From: a virus
Taxonomy: Duplodnaviria; Caudoviricetes
DNA: 45,986 nt
IMG/VR virus record: IMGVR_UViG_3300026081_000341
Span: 1 to 45,986 of that record
Direction: 5' to 3' (one strand)
Below, in pieces: positions 35,462-43,888 of this stretch. The notes beneath the pieces are model-generated. The model saw only the letters and a list, made by a program, of their open reading frames with translations. It did not search any database and had not been told where the DNA came from. A program made the translations under genes and the position numbers. Position 1 is the stretch's first letter. Each line of letters opens with the position of its first letter.

Positions 35462-36313
35462 ATGATATTGATTGATTATAATGGCGTAGCTATTGGTAAT
35501 CTCGTCGTACAAAGATTGGCAGTAGAAGAAAACTTACTTAGACATATGATACTAAATTCTATAAGAATGTATCGTCAAAAGTTTGGTAAAGAATACGGTG
35601 AAGTAGTAGTTGTTGCAGACGGTGCAGGTAACTGGCGCAAGGATGTATTCCCTCAATATAAGTACAAAAGAAAAAAAGGTAGAGAGGAGTCTAAGATAGA
35701 CTGGAACGAAGCCTTTCGTCTTCTTAACATGATAAGAGAAGAAATTAAAGAAAACTTTCCGTATAAAGTAATGCATGAACAAGGATGCGAAGCAGATGAT
35801 GTTATTGCTCAAATTGCTATAGAGACTCAAGAGTTTGGTAAGAATGAGCCGGTAATGATTATATCTGCAGATCATGATTTCATTCAATTACAAAAGTATA
35901 GTAACGTCAAACAATACTCTCCTATGACTAAAAAATTCGTGACACATAAGAACCCTAGACTATATTCTATGGAACATATATTTAAAGGTGATGGTGGTGA
36001 TGGAGTACCAAATGTTCTTTCAGATGATAATGTATTTGTAGAAGAAAGACGTCAGTCACCAGTAACTAAGAAAAAAATAGACGCATGGCTGGAGTCAGAT
36101 AATCTTCAGCGTGATATGGGAGATACAATATACCGTAACTATCTAAGAAATAAAAAATTGATAGATTTAACAGAAACACCTGATCCTGTAAGACTTAGTA
36201 TTATAAATAATTTTGAAGGGCAAGATCCTTGGAAGAACAAAGGAAAAGTCTTTCCATACTTAGTAAATAAAAGATGTAAGAGACTATTGGAGAGTGTACA
36301 AGAATTTATATGA
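35462..36313 (+). CDS. rnh: T4-type RNase H (5'-3' exonuclease)
   Basis: LIDYN, WRKDVFPQYKYKRK, EADDVI, ISADHDFIQL, KGDGGDGVPN. Confidence 0.9.
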   Translation: MILIDYNGVAIGNLVVQRLAVEENLLRHMILNSIRMYRQKFGKEYGEVVVVADGAGNWRKDVFPQYKYKRKKGREESKIDWNEAFRLLNMIREEIKENFPYKVMHEQGCEADDVIAQIAIETQEFGKNEPVMIISADHDFIQLQKYSNVKQYSPMTKKFVTHKNPRLYSMEHIFKGDGGDGVPNVLSDDNVFVEERRQSPVTKKKIDAWLESDNLQRDMGDTIYRNYLRNKKLIDLTETPDPVRLSIINNFEGQDPWKNKGKVFPYLVNKRCKRLLESVQEFI

Positions 36314-36930
36314 TTAAGTTATATGAAAGTCAGAAAACGATAATAGAGTATCACGAAGAAGAAAATAAAGTTTATAAGACATATAAACCTCAGGCTATAT
36401 TTTCAAAGGAATGGTTAGATAATTATCGTTACATTTGTGAAAAGATACCGGGACTCGTACACGTTCACGAGTTATTAAATTCTGGTACCGTTAACAAAGA
36501 TAAGTTCTCAACAATTGTAATGGAGTACGTTGACGTTGACGTAACAGCTGACCAACTTTTAACTGATAGAATTTACAATAAAGAAACTAAAAAAATAGAA
36601 CTAGTAAATAAAGATAAACTCCATCCGACATCTTTACTAGCTGTACAAATCAAGCTAGCAGAAACAAAATTGCAGAGTTTGATTTATAATAAACATCTCA
36701 GAGATATTAATGCTGGATATTACTTTCTTCCTGGCGACTTATCACTCCACAACATGGTATTAACTAAAGAAGGAAACCTTATGTTTCTTGATCCGGATCA
36801 GTGGATGATACATCGCGAGCTTATTGGTTATGGTGATTATGCATTTGAAGAGACTATATTTAAAATGACAAATATACAACTTAGGTTATTTTATGACTTA
36901 GGTTGGGATAAAGACTGGAGCGAAAAATGA
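36310..36930 (+). CDS. Protein-kinase/APH-fold phosphotransferase-like protein
   Basis: VYK, IVMEYV, GDLSLHNMV, FLDPD. Confidence 0.62.
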   Translation: MIKLYESQKTIIEYHEEENKVYKTYKPQAIFSKEWLDNYRYICEKIPGLVHVHELLNSGTVNKDKFSTIVMEYVDVDVTADQLLTDRIYNKETKKIELVNKDKLHPTSLLAVQIKLAETKLQSLIYNKHLRDINAGYYFLPGDLSLHNMVLTKEGNLMFLDPDQWMIHRELIGYGDYAFEETIFKMTNIQLRLFYDLGWDKDWSEK

Positions 36931-37352
36931 GTTATAAATTAGTGTTTGAAGTACTTGAGGAAGTAAAGAAGAAAAAGAAGAAAGATGAGAAAGTAAAAAT
37001 ATTAAAGGATAACGACTCTTGGGCACTAAAGGATGTCCTTAGAGGAACTTATGATTCTACTATCCATTGGCTACTACCTCCAGGTAGGCCACCTTTCACA
37101 CCTAATCTTGAGCAGTCTACGCCTTCTGATCTACAGAAGCAGAATACTCAATTTCAATATTTTGTAAAAGGTGGACCCGGTGCATCTATGCCTTCATTCA
37201 AAAGAGAAAAACTTTTCTTAGCGTTACTTGAAGGTATTCATCCGGATGATGCTGAAGTAGTAATAGATATGGTTAGTAAGAAGCCAATAAAAGGAGTGAC
37301 AAGAAACGTAGTTGAGGAAGCATTTCCTGGACTATTGTTAGATTCTACATAA
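36927..37352 (+). CDS. DUF6433-like conserved T4-like protein
   Basis: WLLPPGRPPF, KREKLFLALLEGIHPDDAE, VVEEAFPGL. Confidence 0.7.
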   Translation: MSYKLVFEVLEEVKKKKKKDEKVKILKDNDSWALKDVLRGTYDSTIHWLLPPGRPPFTPNLEQSTPSDLQKQNTQFQYFVKGGPGASMPSFKREKLFLALLEGIHPDDAEVVIDMVSKKPIKGVTRNVVEEAFPGLLLDST

Positions 37353-37393
37353 TGAAAATGTTAACCCTATAACCCCTTTACGAGGAGAATTTA

Positions 37394-37558
37394 ATGACTC
37401 ACTTACAAATACAAAGACTTCAGAAAGATTCAACTGAACTAGAAAGATTTGCAAAAACCATGAAAAAAGAAGGAAAACACGATCTCGTAGAAAAAATAAA
37501 GACTAAGAAAGAATACATAGATAAACACTTAGAAAAATTTGTGGAAAGGGCCGCATAA
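37394..37558 (+). CDS. Small hypothetical protein (54 aa, not in ORF track)
   Basis: GAGGAG RBS; MTHLQIQRLQKDSTELERFAK...VERAA. Confidence 0.65.
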   Translation: MTHLQIQRLQKDSTELERFAKTMKKEGKHDLVEKIKTKKEYIDKHLEKFVERAA

Positions 37559-37561
37559 AAA

Positions 37562-37592
37562 GGTTTACATTTTATTGAAAGTTTGATATAAT
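37562..37592 (+). promoter_or_regulatory. T4-type early promoter
   Basis: GGTTTACA-17-TATAAT with TG extension. Confidence 0.78.
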
Positions 37593-37616
37593 TAAATTAA
37601 TCAACAGAGGTATATT

Positions 37617-38198
37617 ATGAATATTTTTATCTTGGATGAAAATCCAATCAAAGCAGCACAGCTTCAATGTGACAAACACGTCGTAAAGATGATTGTTGAG
37701 TCAGGTCAAATGTTGTCAACTGCGCATAGAATGCTTGATGGTTATACAGAAAAAAGACCATCTAAGTCTGGTAAACGTATGGTTAATTATTGGGTGCATC
37801 CTGACAGCAATCTTGAAAATACTTTGTACAAAGCTGTCCATCACTATCACCCATGCACTACATGGTCAATGAAAAGTATTGGAAACTATGCTTGGCACTA
37901 TGATCACTTTCAGGCCTTATGTATTGAGTATCAATACCGATATGAAAAGACACACAGTACACAAACTATACTGGAAGATGTGTTATCCATACCACCTAAA
38001 AATATTCCAATTGGAGGTCTAACACCGTTTCCTCTTGCTATGACACATGAGCCACAGTGTATACACGAAGGACAGCCAGTAAAGTCATATCAAGAATACT
38101 ATCAAACTAAACAAGATAGATTTAAAATGGTTTGGACAAAACGTAATGTACCAGAATGGTTTAAAGGAAAAGAATATGCCGACGTATACGCTGCGTAA
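37617..38198 (+). CDS. Pyrimidine-dimer DNA glycosylase/endonuclease V family protein
   Basis: MNIFILD...CDKHVVKMIVESGQMLSTAH, HPCTTW, EYQYRYEKTH. Confidence 0.8.
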   Translation: MNIFILDENPIKAAQLQCDKHVVKMIVESGQMLSTAHRMLDGYTEKRPSKSGKRMVNYWVHPDSNLENTLYKAVHHYHPCTTWSMKSIGNYAWHYDHFQALCIEYQYRYEKTHSTQTILEDVLSIPPKNIPIGGLTPFPLAMTHEPQCIHEGQPVKSYQEYYQTKQDRFKMVWTKRNVPEWFKGKEYADVYAA

Positions 38199-38409
38199 TA
38201 AAGCAACTCAAAAGAGTTATGATGTAGTATGCAAATGGGATGAGTTGCAACAAATGCTCGGATCTGATCCGGATCTTGTTCATGTACTTACTGCACCTAA
38301 GATTGTTTCAGGTGTAGGTTCACTAGCAAGTAAAGTTCCAGATGGGTTTAAAGATAAACTCAAACAGATTAAATCTGGCTCAGGCTCAGGTAATACTATT
38401 AAGACATGA
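38176..38409 (+). CDS. FmdB-like small protein lacking zinc ligands
   Basis: MPTYTLRN start after AAGGA; PKIVSG...PDGFKDKL. Confidence 0.65.
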   Translation: MPTYTLRNKATQKSYDVVCKWDELQQMLGSDPDLVHVLTAPKIVSGVGSLASKVPDGFKDKLKQIKSGSGSGNTIKT

Positions 38410-39089
38410 AAAAAGGACAGAGCGCGCGGGTTGCTCTAGATGAACTAGAGACAATCAGTCCTATTACCGAAAATCAGAAGAAAGCTTTTGAGTTTTGGGA
38501 AGAAGGACACAACTTAGTGTTGAGTGGAAGTGCAGGAACTGGTAAGTCATTTATTGCACTTTATTTGGCGTTTAAGATGATGCTAAAGAATCCACAAGAC
38601 TATAAAAGAATACTTGTAATTCGATCTATAGTCTCAACAAGAGACGGTGGTCATTTACCCGGAACAAAGGAAGAAAAAGAAGAACCCTATCAGGCACCGT
38701 ATAAAGCAATATGTGATGAACTCTTTGGATATGTAGGTGCATGGGGAAAATTAAGAACTATTAAGGCTGTTGACTTTGATACTACATCTTTTATAAGAGG
38801 AATAACATTTGATGATACTATTATAATTGTTGATGAAATGCAGAACTTAAACTTTCACGAGTTAGATTCTGTAATTACAAGAGTTGGTCATAGGTGTAAA
38901 ATTATTTTTTGTGGTGATAGTAGACAGTCTGATTTTACAAATGCAAAAGAAAAAGACGGAATAGTAAAATTTATAAGCATCGTAGAACAGATGAGATTTT
39001 TTAGAGTTATTAATTTTGAATGGGTCGACATTGTTCGATCTGATTTTGTTAGAGATTATATTATGACAAAAGAGATGTTGAACTTATAA
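38406..39089 (+). CDS. phoH: PhoH-family ATPase
   Basis: GSAGTGKS, GHLPG, FIRGITF, IVDEMQN, TRVG, GDSRQSD, DIVRS. Confidence 0.92.
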   Translation: MKKGQSARVALDELETISPITENQKKAFEFWEEGHNLVLSGSAGTGKSFIALYLAFKMMLKNPQDYKRILVIRSIVSTRDGGHLPGTKEEKEEPYQAPYKAICDELFGYVGAWGKLRTIKAVDFDTTSFIRGITFDDTIIIVDEMQNLNFHELDSVITRVGHRCKIIFCGDSRQSDFTNAKEKDGIVKFISIVEQMRFFRVINFEWVDIVRSDFVRDYIMTKEMLNL

Positions 39090-39093
39090 CATG

Positions 39094-39101
39094 TATAAGT
39101 A
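39094..39101 (+). promoter_or_regulatory. Variant late promoter TATAAGTA
   Basis: One mismatch to TATAAATA, intergenic, upstream of the membrane protein/glutaredoxin/endolysin run. Confidence 0.5.
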
Positions 39102-39125
39102 TAACTGTAATCTAAGGAGGCAGAT

Positions 39126-39287
39126 ATGAAAAGTTGGCTTAATAATAGAATGAAAGAACGTACAAGTTGGGATGGAGCTGCATTAGTAGCACTAGGACTA
39201 ATGGTTCTATTCTTAGCGCCATTAGCAAAAATTGCTGCGGGACTAGCAATAGTCTATGGAGCATGGACTATCTGGAAGGCTGAATGA
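39126..39287 (+). CDS. Small two-TM membrane protein (53 aa, not in ORF track)
   Basis: AAGGAGG RBS; MKSWLNNRMKERTSWDGAALVALGLMVLFLAPLAKIAAGLAIVYGAWTIWKAE. Confidence 0.75.
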   Translation: MKSWLNNRMKERTSWDGAALVALGLMVLFLAPLAKIAAGLAIVYGAWTIWKAE

Positions 39288-39535
39288 TAACAATTTACGG
39301 CAAGTCAGATTGTGGTTGGTGCGAACGTGCCAAGAAGTTGTGTGATGACTACAAACTGGATTATGAATATAAGAATATAGTGAATGATCACTATAAAGTA
39401 GAGCTCTTCGAAAAACTACCAGGTGTAAGAACAGTACCTCAAATCTGGATGAATGAGAAACATGTTGGTGGTTTCGAAGGATTAACAACAGAAATAGAAA
39501 ACACTATAGGAGGCTATGGAGATAATGGCTTTTAA
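39284..39535 (+). CDS. Glutaredoxin
   Basis: CGWC active site, TVPQIW, HVGG. Confidence 0.9.
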   Translation: MITIYGKSDCGWCERAKKLCDDYKLDYEYKNIVNDHYKVELFEKLPGVRTVPQIWMNEKHVGGFEGLTTEIENTIGGYGDNGF

Positions 39536-39992
39536 TCTATCTAGTAGATCAAAAGGAAAACTGGAAGGAGTTCACCCAGATATGGTTGCTGTCGTAGAAA
39601 GAGCAATCGAACTCACTAAAGTTGATTTTGGCGTAACTTACGGAGTCCGAACAGTAGAAGAACAAGAAAAACTTGTTGCATCTGGTCGTTCTCAAACAAT
39701 GAAGTCCAAACATTTAATTCAAGACAGTGGGTTTTCACACGCTGTCGATGTTGTAGCATATGACGGATCAGATGTTGTCTGGGAATTAAATGTATATGAT
39801 GATATTTGTGACGCATTTAAGCAAGCAGCAGAAGAAAAGGGAGTTGCAATCAAATGGGGTGCAGCATGGTCAGAAGGAGATATTCGTTCTTATGAAGGAA
39901 CATCTGAAGATGCTATGAATGCATACATCGATTTAAGAAGGAGTCAAGGTAGACGTCCTTTCATCGATGGTCCTCATTTTGAACTTATGTAA
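39516..39992 (+). CDS. Endolysin, peptidase M15 (L-Ala-D-Glu endopeptidase-like)
   Basis: RTVEEQ, SKHL...HAVD, IKWG, DGPHFEL. Start may be 39525. Confidence 0.85.
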   Translation: MEIMAFNLSSRSKGKLEGVHPDMVAVVERAIELTKVDFGVTYGVRTVEEQEKLVASGRSQTMKSKHLIQDSGFSHAVDVVAYDGSDVVWELNVYDDICDAFKQAAEEKGVAIKWGAAWSEGDIRSYEGTSEDAMNAYIDLRRSQGRRPFIDGPHFELM

Positions 39993-39993
39993 A

Positions 39994-40173
39994 ATGACTA
40001 AATATTCTCGATTCGACCCGCGTAATAAGAAGAAGGGTAGAAACAAGTTGCAATCTCAGCATAAGAATCTGAGGATTCGACATGTTGAGAAGAAAAATGT
40101 TTTGAGACCACAGAAGATCGCCGATGAAGAAGAAATTATTGAGTTTAAGGAGTATCAAAGAGTATCTTGCTAG
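39994..40173 (+). CDS. Small basic hypothetical protein
   Basis: Likely start ATG 39994 (MTKYSRFDPRNKKKGR), directly after the endolysin stop. Confidence 0.6.
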   Translation: MTKYSRFDPRNKKKGRNKLQSQHKNLRIRHVEKKNVLRPQKIADEEEIIEFKEYQRVSC

Positions 40174-40450
40174 ATTAGGAGTGGCGATCTCTATTCTTTT
40201 TAACGTCTTCTTAGGAGGACCTTCAAATCAAACGTTTTCAGCCAGAAATTATGGTTGGAAGCGAAAAGAAAAATATAACTTAGTTTGGTTCATTGATTCT
40301 CTTGCATGGTTCGATAAGAATCACTGCAAGAGATCTTGGACGTATTGGAAAATAAGAACACCAGAGTATGTTGTTATACCTAAGTCTGTCCATAGAGAGT
40401 GGAGAAACAGTGATAAAAATGTCACAGTACTTGAAAAAAAGTGCAATTAA
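40124..40450 (+). CDS. Hypothetical protein
   Basis: LFNVFLGGPSNQTFSARN...FIDSL...NHCKRSW pattern. Confidence 0.6.
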   Translation: MKKKLLSLRSIKEYLARLGVAISILFNVFLGGPSNQTFSARNYGWKRKEKYNLVWFIDSLAWFDKNHCKRSWTYWKIRTPEYVVIPKSVHREWRNSDKNVTVLEKKCN

Positions 40451-40461
40451 TCGCATTTAAT

Positions 40462-40492
40462 GGTTTACTTTTGATTGAAAGTATGGTAGACT
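40462..40492 (+). promoter_or_regulatory. T4-type early promoter
   Basis: GGTTTACT-17-TAGACT with TGG extension. Confidence 0.75.
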
Positions 40493-40525
40493 AGTACTAT
40501 AATAATTAATAAGGAATGAAAATTT

Positions 40526-41104
40526 ATGAGTATAATATTAACAGATTGTGATGGAGTTTTACTAAACTGGAGAGATCCATTCGATGCTTGGATGATGAGA
40601 GAAAAGAATATCTTCGCTGAAGGAGATGTTAGAGTATACGATCAAGCAGATCGATACAATATGCCAGATATATTTGAATATGTATTAGAGTTCAATAACT
40701 CTTCAAACATTGGTTTCTTACCTCCACTATATGACTCAGTCAAATATGTTAAAAAGATACACGAAGAGTTTGGTCATAAGTTTACAGTTATAACTTCACT
40801 ATCTCTAAACAGATACACACAAGAATTAAGAACTAAAAATCTTCAAAACATTTTTGGTAAAGAAGTTTTCGATGAGTTTGTGTACCTAGATACAGGTGCA
40901 GATAAAGATGACATCTTGGGTAAGTTTGCTACATGGTACCCAGGTGCATATTGGATTGAGGACAAAGTTAAGAACGCAGTACAAGGTGCTGAGTTTGGTC
41001 TTCAACCTCTCTTAATGAAACACCCTCACATTAAAACTGAAAATACTGAGGGTATCCCTAAAATGTCAAATTGGAGAATGGTGTATGAACAACTCGGTGG
41101 CTGA
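40526..41104 (+). CDS. HAD-family 5'(3')-deoxyribonucleotidase-like protein (T4 gp30.2-like)
   Basis: ILTDCDGVL (DxDG), VITS, K, WIED. Confidence 0.8.
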   Translation: MSIILTDCDGVLLNWRDPFDAWMMREKNIFAEGDVRVYDQADRYNMPDIFEYVLEFNNSSNIGFLPPLYDSVKYVKKIHEEFGHKFTVITSLSLNRYTQELRTKNLQNIFGKEVFDEFVYLDTGADKDDILGKFATWYPGAYWIEDKVKNAVQGAEFGLQPLLMKHPHIKTENTEGIPKMSNWRMVYEQLGG

Positions 41105-41330
41105 AATATTAAATTGGCGTTACCAATACGAAGAACTAATAAGAAACTTCGAAATTCCTGAAGACAAGAGATCATCTGTTATAAATAGCTTAAAGTGGTT
41201 TAAACGCTATGGTAACAGAAAGAATCGTTTTCGTGATGGATACGATGAAGCTATCCATCTATGTACGAAAATTTTAGATTGCCATAGAAGAGATTCTAAG
41301 GATACAACATGTCAAGAGGAAGAAATCTAG
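41085..41330 (+). CDS. Hypothetical protein
   Basis: 81 aa, GGAG RBS, overlaps both neighbours. Confidence 0.6.
   Translation: MNNSVAEILNWRYQYEELIRNFEIPEDKRSSVINSLKWFKRYGNRKNRFRDGYDEAIHLCTKILDCHRRDSKDTTCQEEEI
41180..41187 (+). promoter_or_regulatory. T4-type late promoter TATAAATA for the second fibre cluster
   Basis: Exact consensus inside the upstream ORF, about 120 nt before ATG 41309. Confidence 0.6.
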
Positions 41331-42673
41331 GTAAATTATTAGGCGCAGCTGGTACACTATCAAAGGAAAAACTAGGCGCCGACATTGCTACTTCAGGCAC
41401 TAAGCAATTTCAAACAGATCTACCAACAGGATCATCGAACACCACCGGTGAACTGAGCTACATTGTTGATAACGACAACATGTATGTTTGGGGCGGTGAC
41501 GGTTGGTTTAGAATGTCAATAGTTAATGCTACTCCTCGTTTTATAGCACCACTTACACAATCTGCCTATGTTCTAGACTCACCAGGTAATCCTACAATCA
41601 TTAAGTTATATGGGGCAGACTCTGATGGGTTTGCTCCTCGTTTCATACACACTGCAGCAGACTCTGCACAGTATCTCGCAAGAATAATCCAAGATTCTAA
41701 CAGTCAGTTTACAATTACTCCATTAGGTGTAGACTCATTAAATGCTCAACCTGGATTCGACTCAGGTGGAGGATCTTTTAATATAGCATTTAAGGTTACG
41801 GACGGAAGAGCTGAGCAGCTAAGAAACTCTTCATTTTCAGTATCATATATAAAATCAGGTGGAGTATTATTTGATACTCCTGGAACACACACTTGGGTTG
41901 TACCAGCTGGTGTTACTTCAGTTCATGTTGTAGCAGTAGGAGCCGGAGGCGCACCAGGCACTTATTATCCATATCAAATGACAAAAGCTGGAGGAGCAGG
42001 AGGTGGTCTAGGTTGGAAGAATAATATTCCTGTAACCCCCGGAGAATCAATAACAGTTAAAGTTGGTCAGCATCAAGGAGGAGGCGCAGACGGTGAAGAT
42101 TCTTACTTTAAAGATGTCTCAACAGTAAAAGGTGGTGGTGGTCAAGGAGCAGGAAACTACGGCGCAACTGTCCAAGCACCCCAAGGTGGAGATTACGTCG
42201 GCGATGGCGGAGGAAACGGTGGTGGATCATACTCTAGGAACGATCCTTATAACCAAGGTGGCGGCGGAGGTGCTGGAGGATACTCTGGAAACGGTGGACA
42301 CGGTCAACATCAAGACGCTTCCCCAGCTTGGTCTGCAGGTTCAGGTGGTGGCGGAGCCGGAGGCGCTAAAGGAAGTTGGTCTAACTACCCAGGCGGCGGC
42401 GGTGGAGGTGTTGGTCTCTATGGAGAAGGTGCATCTGGTACTACATACAGCGCAGGTGGTTCAGGTGGTGCAAATGGTAGTGGTGGATCATCAGGTGGAA
42501 CTGGTATTGGTGGTAAGTATGGTGGAGGAACTGGTAATTTAAGAGGTGGTTTTAACCAATGGCCAGGAGATACAGGTCAAGGTGGTGTTAGAGTAATATG
42601 GGGAGCTGGTAGAGCTTTTCCTAGTACATTAGTATCACAGGCTGATTCACTATTAGCCGAAACAACAGTTTAG
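41309..42673 (+). CDS. Modular fibre/adhesin with glycine-rich C-terminal domain
   Basis: MSRGRNL, MYVWGGDGW, ADSDGFAP, KVTDG; TWVVPAGVTSVHVVAVGAGG, poly-Gly tracts, GGVRVIWG. Confidence 0.75.
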   Translation: MSRGRNLGKLLGAAGTLSKEKLGADIATSGTKQFQTDLPTGSSNTTGELSYIVDNDNMYVWGGDGWFRMSIVNATPRFIAPLTQSAYVLDSPGNPTIIKLYGADSDGFAPRFIHTAADSAQYLARIIQDSNSQFTITPLGVDSLNAQPGFDSGGGSFNIAFKVTDGRAEQLRNSSFSVSYIKSGGVLFDTPGTHTWVVPAGVTSVHVVAVGAGGAPGTYYPYQMTKAGGAGGGLGWKNNIPVTPGESITVKVGQHQGGGADGEDSYFKDVSTVKGGGGQGAGNYGATVQAPQGGDYVGDGGGNGGGSYSRNDPYNQGGGGGAGGYSGNGGHGQHQDASPAWSAGSGGGGAGGAKGSWSNYPGGGGGGVGLYGEGASGTTYSAGGSGGANGSGGSSGGTGIGGKYGGGTGNLRGGFNQWPGDTGQGGVRVIWGAGRAFPSTLVSQADSLLAETTV

Positions 42674-42681
42674 GAGAAGAT

Positions 42682-43875
42682 ATGTCAAGAACATCAAGAG
42701 TCGCACAGGCATTTGGTAGTAGTGGAGTTCTAGCAAAAGCAACACAATCTACTGGCGCTGAAGGTGTAGGAGGAGTTTCTACCTCTTCTAACGATTCAGC
42801 TGGTTTAGGAACAGGATCTGCTGGTGATCTTAAGTTCGCTTCAAACAGAAAAACTCTTCATATGTATGACGGAGCCGAATGGGATAGAATAGCAGGTGGT
42901 ACTGATGCGGCACCAGTTATAATTACAGATGCGCTCGATCAAAACATAGCAGCTCTAGATACAGATTCAGCTAGACAAACATTTAAGGTTGTCGATCCAG
43001 AAGGATTTCCAATATCGTATAATGTTTCCTATATGAGAGATAGTGACAAAGTATTTTTTGGAAATGAATCAAGTAACTTACCACCAATATTAGCTCACCC
43101 AACAGTTATAACTAAAGCTTCTGATGGTACAGCAACTTACAAATTTTTTAATAGACAGGCAGAGTCTGACGGGTCTGGATACACGACTAAAGATCTCTAC
43201 AAAGTTAGATACATGGGAACTGACGGTGCAAGACATGCTGTATCTACAAAGAATATTAAATTAGCATTTAGTATAGATGTTACATTTTCACCAGGAGGAG
43301 TAATTGCTAGTTCTACTGGTTGGGGTTATGAATCAAATGTCAATCAAGTCACCGCAAATGTTTCTGCTGGCTCATTATCAGCAACTGCTGATAATGTTGG
43401 TGGCTCGCATCTAAATCCAGTTCTTCCTTTAGGTAAATATTACTTTGAATGGTATATACATCCAACTTCACCAGGAGTAACTTACGCTATGATGGGTGTT
43501 CACATCGGAAGTTATGACAATGGATATAGTGGTAGTGCTGGAAACTTTATATACGCGGCCAATGGAACTAGATATCCTGGAGGTGGCAGCACAGGTCATA
43601 GTTCATTTGGAACAGGTACGACTATAGGTATTGCTTATGATACAAATCAAGCTGGCGGAGGCGGAGTTTGGTTTTCAAAAAATGGAACGTGGGGATCAGC
43701 TGATCCTAATACTGGAAGTGGTGATGGTTTTGGTTCCAGTCAGTCTAATGTTAACACTGTTGGATATAGACCAGCAATACACTGGGGTTCAAGTTCAGGA
43801 TCAACAGTAAGAGCTCAGTTTCGCAGAGGAGACACACTGACGTACTCTCCTCCAACTGGTTTTTCATCTGTGTAA
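42682..43875 (+). CDS. Modular fibre/adhesin with SPRY-like C-terminal domain
   Basis: YDGAEWDRI, DPEGFPISY; GKYYFEW, TIGIAYD, VWFSKNGTW, YSPPTGF. Confidence 0.75.
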   Translation: MSRTSRVAQAFGSSGVLAKATQSTGAEGVGGVSTSSNDSAGLGTGSAGDLKFASNRKTLHMYDGAEWDRIAGGTDAAPVIITDALDQNIAALDTDSARQTFKVVDPEGFPISYNVSYMRDSDKVFFGNESSNLPPILAHPTVITKASDGTATYKFFNRQAESDGSGYTTKDLYKVRYMGTDGARHAVSTKNIKLAFSIDVTFSPGGVIASSTGWGYESNVNQVTANVSAGSLSATADNVGGSHLNPVLPLGKYYFEWYIHPTSPGVTYAMMGVHIGSYDNGYSGSAGNFIYAANGTRYPGGGSTGHSSFGTGTTIGIAYDTNQAGGGGVWFSKNGTWGSADPNTGSGDGFGSSQSNVNTVGYRPAIHWGSSSGSTVRAQFRRGDTLTYSPPTGFSSV

Positions 43876-43888
43876 AAAGGAAAAAGAA

